A stretch of DNA of 60,720 nucleotides, filler included, from Actinomycetota bacterium (GTDB lineage: Bacteria > Actinomycetota > Acidimicrobiia > IMCC26256 > VFJJ01): assembly GCA_009886115.1 (NCBI GenBank). It is 4 parts of 4 records of this genome, joined end to end, with 100 filler letters (N's around TTAATTAATTAA, not from the genome) between each part and the next. Parts side by side here need not be neighbours in the genome. Positions count along the whole stretch, not along the records: positions 55,116 to 60,720 come from VFJJ01000052.1; 3 more parts are not named here. One strand, given 5' to 3'. Below are positions 58,096 to 60,720 of the stretch, one piece after another. Under the pieces are notes generated by a model. It did no database searches and had not been told where the DNA came from. It was given only the letters and a program-made list of their open reading frames with translations. The stretch's first letter is position 1. Each line of letters starts with the position of its first letter. The position numbers and the translations under genes are program-made.

Positions 58096-59405
58096 CCGCC
58101 ACGATCGAGCCCATGGTGGTTCCCGTCGCTCCGAGCTCGTCGACGCTGCCCGAGCACGTGACCGTCACCGGACGGCCGCGAACCGCCCCACCTCCGCGAC
58201 GCCGGAGCGCGATCAGGCCGGTCGAGCTGGGCGAGATGGCCGGATCGGCTGCGGCGGCGTTCTGCCTCACGTGGCTGGTGTTCAACCGGATCGCGCCGAT
58301 ACGCGGGTCACTGGGCTTCCTCATCGTGGCCTATGTCGTGTTCCTGCTCGTCTACTGGCTCGTCGTGCACGAGGCTCAGGGCTCGCTGATCGCGGCCGAC
58401 CGGCTGTTCGGCGTGCTCGTGGCGTCGGGGGCGCTGCTCGCGCTCGCTCCGCTTCTGCTCGTGCTCTGGTTCGTGGTGAGCAAGGGCGCCGAGGGACTCA
58501 GCACCAACTTCTTCACCGAGACCCTCGAAAAGACGGGCCCCGACGATCCGGCGACCGCCGGTGGTGGCTGGCACTCCATCGTCGGGACCTTCCAACAGGT
58601 CGGCTTCGCCAGCGCGGTGGCCATCCCGCTCGGAATCCTCACCGCCGTGTACATCAACGAGGTGCGGGGCCGGTTGCGCCGGATGGTGCGCTTCCTCGTC
58701 GATTCGATGAGCGGGGTCCCGTCGATCGTCGCGGGCCTGTTCGTGTACGCGGTGTGGATCCTCGAGCTCGACAACGGCTTCTCGGGCTTCGCCTGCGCGT
58801 TGGCGCTGTCGATGATGATGCTGCCCACCGTGACCCGCACCGCCGAGGAGGTGCTGCGGCTCGTGCCGGGAGGCCTGCGGGAGGCCAGCCTGGCGTTGGG
58901 CGCCACCGAATGGCGCACGACGCTGCGGGTCGTGCTGCCCACTGCCCGCTCCGGGCTCGTGACCGCGTCACTGCTCGCTGTGGCCCGGGTGGCCGGCGAG
59001 ACCGCCCCCGCCGTGCTCACGGCCGGCCAGCGCAACTCGCTCAACACCAACCTGTTCTCGGGCAATCAACAGAACCTTCCGCTCATGATCTGGCAGTCGA
59101 TCCGCACGCCCACCGACAGCACGGTCGCCCGCGGGTACACGGCGGCGCTCGTGTTGGTGGGTCTGGTGCTGGTGCTGTTCGTCTCGGCTCGGGTGCTGAG
59201 CGCAGGTTCTCCGCTCGCCTCGGCCCAGCGGGTGTGGAAGTGGTTGCGCGCTCGCCGGCGCCGCGACGACATCGTCGTCGATCTCCGTGATCCCGTCGAC
59301 CCCCTCACCGGTGCCACGGCTTCGGCGATCCCCGACCCCCTGATCTGGAAGCCGCCCGTGAGCCGGTCGCCGGATCAGTCGCCGAACGGTGGACCCGGGC
59401 GATGA
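58092..59405 (+). CDS. pstA: Phosphate ABC transporter permease
   Basis: [28 protein letters not shown] and [13 protein letters not shown] overlap with pstC. Confidence 0.94.
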   Translation: MTATIEPMVVPVAPSSSTLPEHVTVTGRPRTAPPPRRRSAIRPVELGEMAGSAAAAFCLTWLVFNRIAPIRGSLGFLIVAYVVFLLVYWLVVHEAQGSLIAADRLFGVLVASGALLALAPLLLVLWFVVSKGAEGLSTNFFTETLEKTGPDDPATAGGGWHSIVGTFQQVGFASAVAIPLGILTAVYINEVRGRLRRMVRFLVDSMSGVPSIVAGLFVYAVWILELDNGFSGFACALALSMMMLPTVTRTAEEVLRLVPGGLREASLALGATEWRTTLRVVLPTARSGLVTASLLAVARVAGETAPAVLTAGQRNSLNTNLFSGNQQNLPLMIWQSIRTPTDSTVARGYTAALVLVGLVLVLFVSARVLSAGSPLASAQRVWKWLRARRRRDDIVVDLRDPVDPLTGATASAIPDPLIWKPPVSRSPDQSPNGGPGR

Positions 59406-59421
59406 CCCAGGAGGCGAGAGC

Positions 59422-60351
59422 ATGGACGTGACCAGAACTCCCGACGCCGGCGCCACGACCACGTTCGTCGCCGAGCTCGCACCCGACGGGTACGGGAACC
59501 CGCCCACCTGGGCCGATGTCCCCCTCCCCGAAGCCGATCCCGCGCCGGCGCCCTCGCCCGGACCATCGGTGGCACCACGCGAGCCCGCGACCCTCGTGGC
59601 TCGGGGCGTGTGCGCCTGGTTCGGGTCGCACCAGGCACTGAGCGACGTGAGCCTCCAGATGACCGCCCGTCAGGTCACCGCGCTCATCGGGCCGTCGGGG
59701 TGTGGCAAGTCGACGTTCCTGCGGACGTTGAACCGCATGCACGAGCTGATTCCCAAGACGTCGTTGGCCGGATCGGTCGAGCTCGACGGGATCGACATCT
59801 ACGGACCGACGCTGCGCACGACCGAGACCAGGGTCCGCATCGGCATGGTGTTTCAGAAGCCCAACCCGTTTCCCGCCATGTCGATCGCCGAGAACGTCGT
59901 GTCGGGCCTCAAGCTCTCGGGCGCCCGAAAGTTCGACCGGGCTGCCGTGGTCGAGGACAGCCTCCGCCGGGCCGGGCTGTGGAACGAGGTCAAGAACCGT
60001 CTGAACCAGCCCGGTGGCGCGCTCTCGGGTGGCCAGCAGCAGCGGCTGTGCATCGCCCGGGGCCTGGCCGTGCGCCCGCAGGTGCTGCTGATGGACGAAC
60101 CCTGCTCGGCCCTCGACCCCACCTCGACCCGGCGCATCGAGGACACCATCCACGAGCTCAAGGACAGCGTGACGATCGTCATCGTCACCCACAACATGCA
60201 GCAGGCCCAACGGGTTTCGGATTACACGGCGTTCTTCCTTTCGGGTGAGGGCGAGCCCGGCCACATCGTCGAGGCCGGCCCGACGTACGACGTGTTCAAC
60301 GATCCCCGCGATCGTCGCACCGAGGATTACGTCAACGGGAAGTTCGGCTGA
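59422..60351 (+). CDS. pstB: Phosphate ABC transporter ATP-binding protein
   Basis: [49 protein letters not shown] and YVNGKFG. Confidence 0.96.
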   Translation: MDVTRTPDAGATTTFVAELAPDGYGNPPTWADVPLPEADPAPAPSPGPSVAPREPATLVARGVCAWFGSHQALSDVSLQMTARQVTALIGPSGCGKSTFLRTLNRMHELIPKTSLAGSVELDGIDIYGPTLRTTETRVRIGMVFQKPNPFPAMSIAENVVSGLKLSGARKFDRAAVVEDSLRRAGLWNEVKNRLNQPGGALSGGQQQRLCIARGLAVRPQVLLMDEPCSALDPTSTRRIEDTIHELKDSVTIVIVTHNMQQAQRVSDYTAFFLSGEGEPGHIVEAGPTYDVFNDPRDRRTEDYVNGKFG

Positions 60352-60720
60352 TGGGCGCGCTCGTCATCGCGGGGCGGCGGTTGGTGTCGTTGGCCGTGAC
60401 CACGCTCGTTCTCTCGGGGCTCCTCCTGGCGACGAGCGAACGTGCCGCGTTCGCGGGCGATCCCATCTCGGGAGCCGGTTCCACGTTCGCGCAGATCGCG
60501 ATCGAGCAGTGGCGGGTCGACGCGTCGAGGCAGCTCGGTCTGACGGTCGACTACCAGCCGAACGGTTCGTCGGGCGGGCGCCAGTACTTCGCGTCGGGGC
60601 TGGTCGATTTTGCGTCGTCGGACATCTCGTTCGAGGCCGGTGAGCCGACGGGGTCTCGTGGGTTCACGTACCTGCCTTTGGTGGCCGGCGGCACGGCGTT
60701 GATGTTCAACCTGCGCGACA
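60351..60720 (+). CDS. pstS: PstS-family phosphate-binding protein, N-terminal part (3'-truncated by window)
   Basis: TGATG coupling to pstB. Signal-peptide-like N-terminus ending AFA, then ISGAGSTF, YQPNGSSGG and VDFASSD. Not shown in the ORF track because it has no stop in the window. Confidence 0.9.
   Translation, partial: MGALVIAGRRLVSLAVTTLVLSGLLLATSERAAFAGDPISGAGSTFAQIAIEQWRVDASRQLGLTVDYQPNGSSGGRQYFASGLVDFASSDISFEAGEPTGSRGFTYLPLVAGGTALMFNLRD
60635..60720. repeat. 86-bp exact direct repeat, copy 2
   Basis: Identical to 55116-55201; runs to the window end, so the true length may be greater. Confidence 0.95.

Overview
This is high-GC actinobacterial DNA (gene content and synteny suggest an Acidimicrobiia-like genome; inference). 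It consists of four contigs joined by artificial 100-nt N-TTAATTAATTAA-N linkers at 5319-5418, 32766-32865 and 55016-55115, so adjacency across linkers is not evidence. Contig 1 (1-5318) has two tandem STAND ATPase genes, the second with an intact class III adenylate cyclase domain, plus a frameshifted tyrosine-integrase remnant. Contig 2 (5419-32765) starts with a third, internally deleted STAND gene and a cupin, followed by an attachment-site-like array of phased repeats abutting the 3' end of the RNase P RNA gene (rnpB). The rest is core actinobacterial chromosome: whiB-family, trpD, DEDD/GIY-YIG nuclease with PafBC-type promoter and LexA box, YjbQ, NYN, PimB'-like GT4, ArsA-like, AlaC-like, glpK, tesB, NUDIX-dinB, DUF3040, TgpA and DUF58. 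Contig 3 (32866-55015) is accessory catabolism, including an aromatic-amino-acid decarboxylase/HAD/transaminase block divergent from cupin/TauD genes, a SARP-ATPase, a CoA ligase and kynureninase. Contig 4 (55116-60720) is a pst locus with a PstS fused to two Calx-beta-like domains, pstCAB and a second pstS start that repeats the first 86 bp of the contig exactly. The best candidates for novelty are a putative rnpB-targeted integrative-element boundary, two near-identical PafBC-type promoters (one driving an uncharacterised 65-aa Cys4 protein), the PstS-Calx-beta fusion and the amine cluster. Several internal gene deletions close to contig ends look like assembly artefacts. No CRISPR array, tRNA or rRNA was seen.
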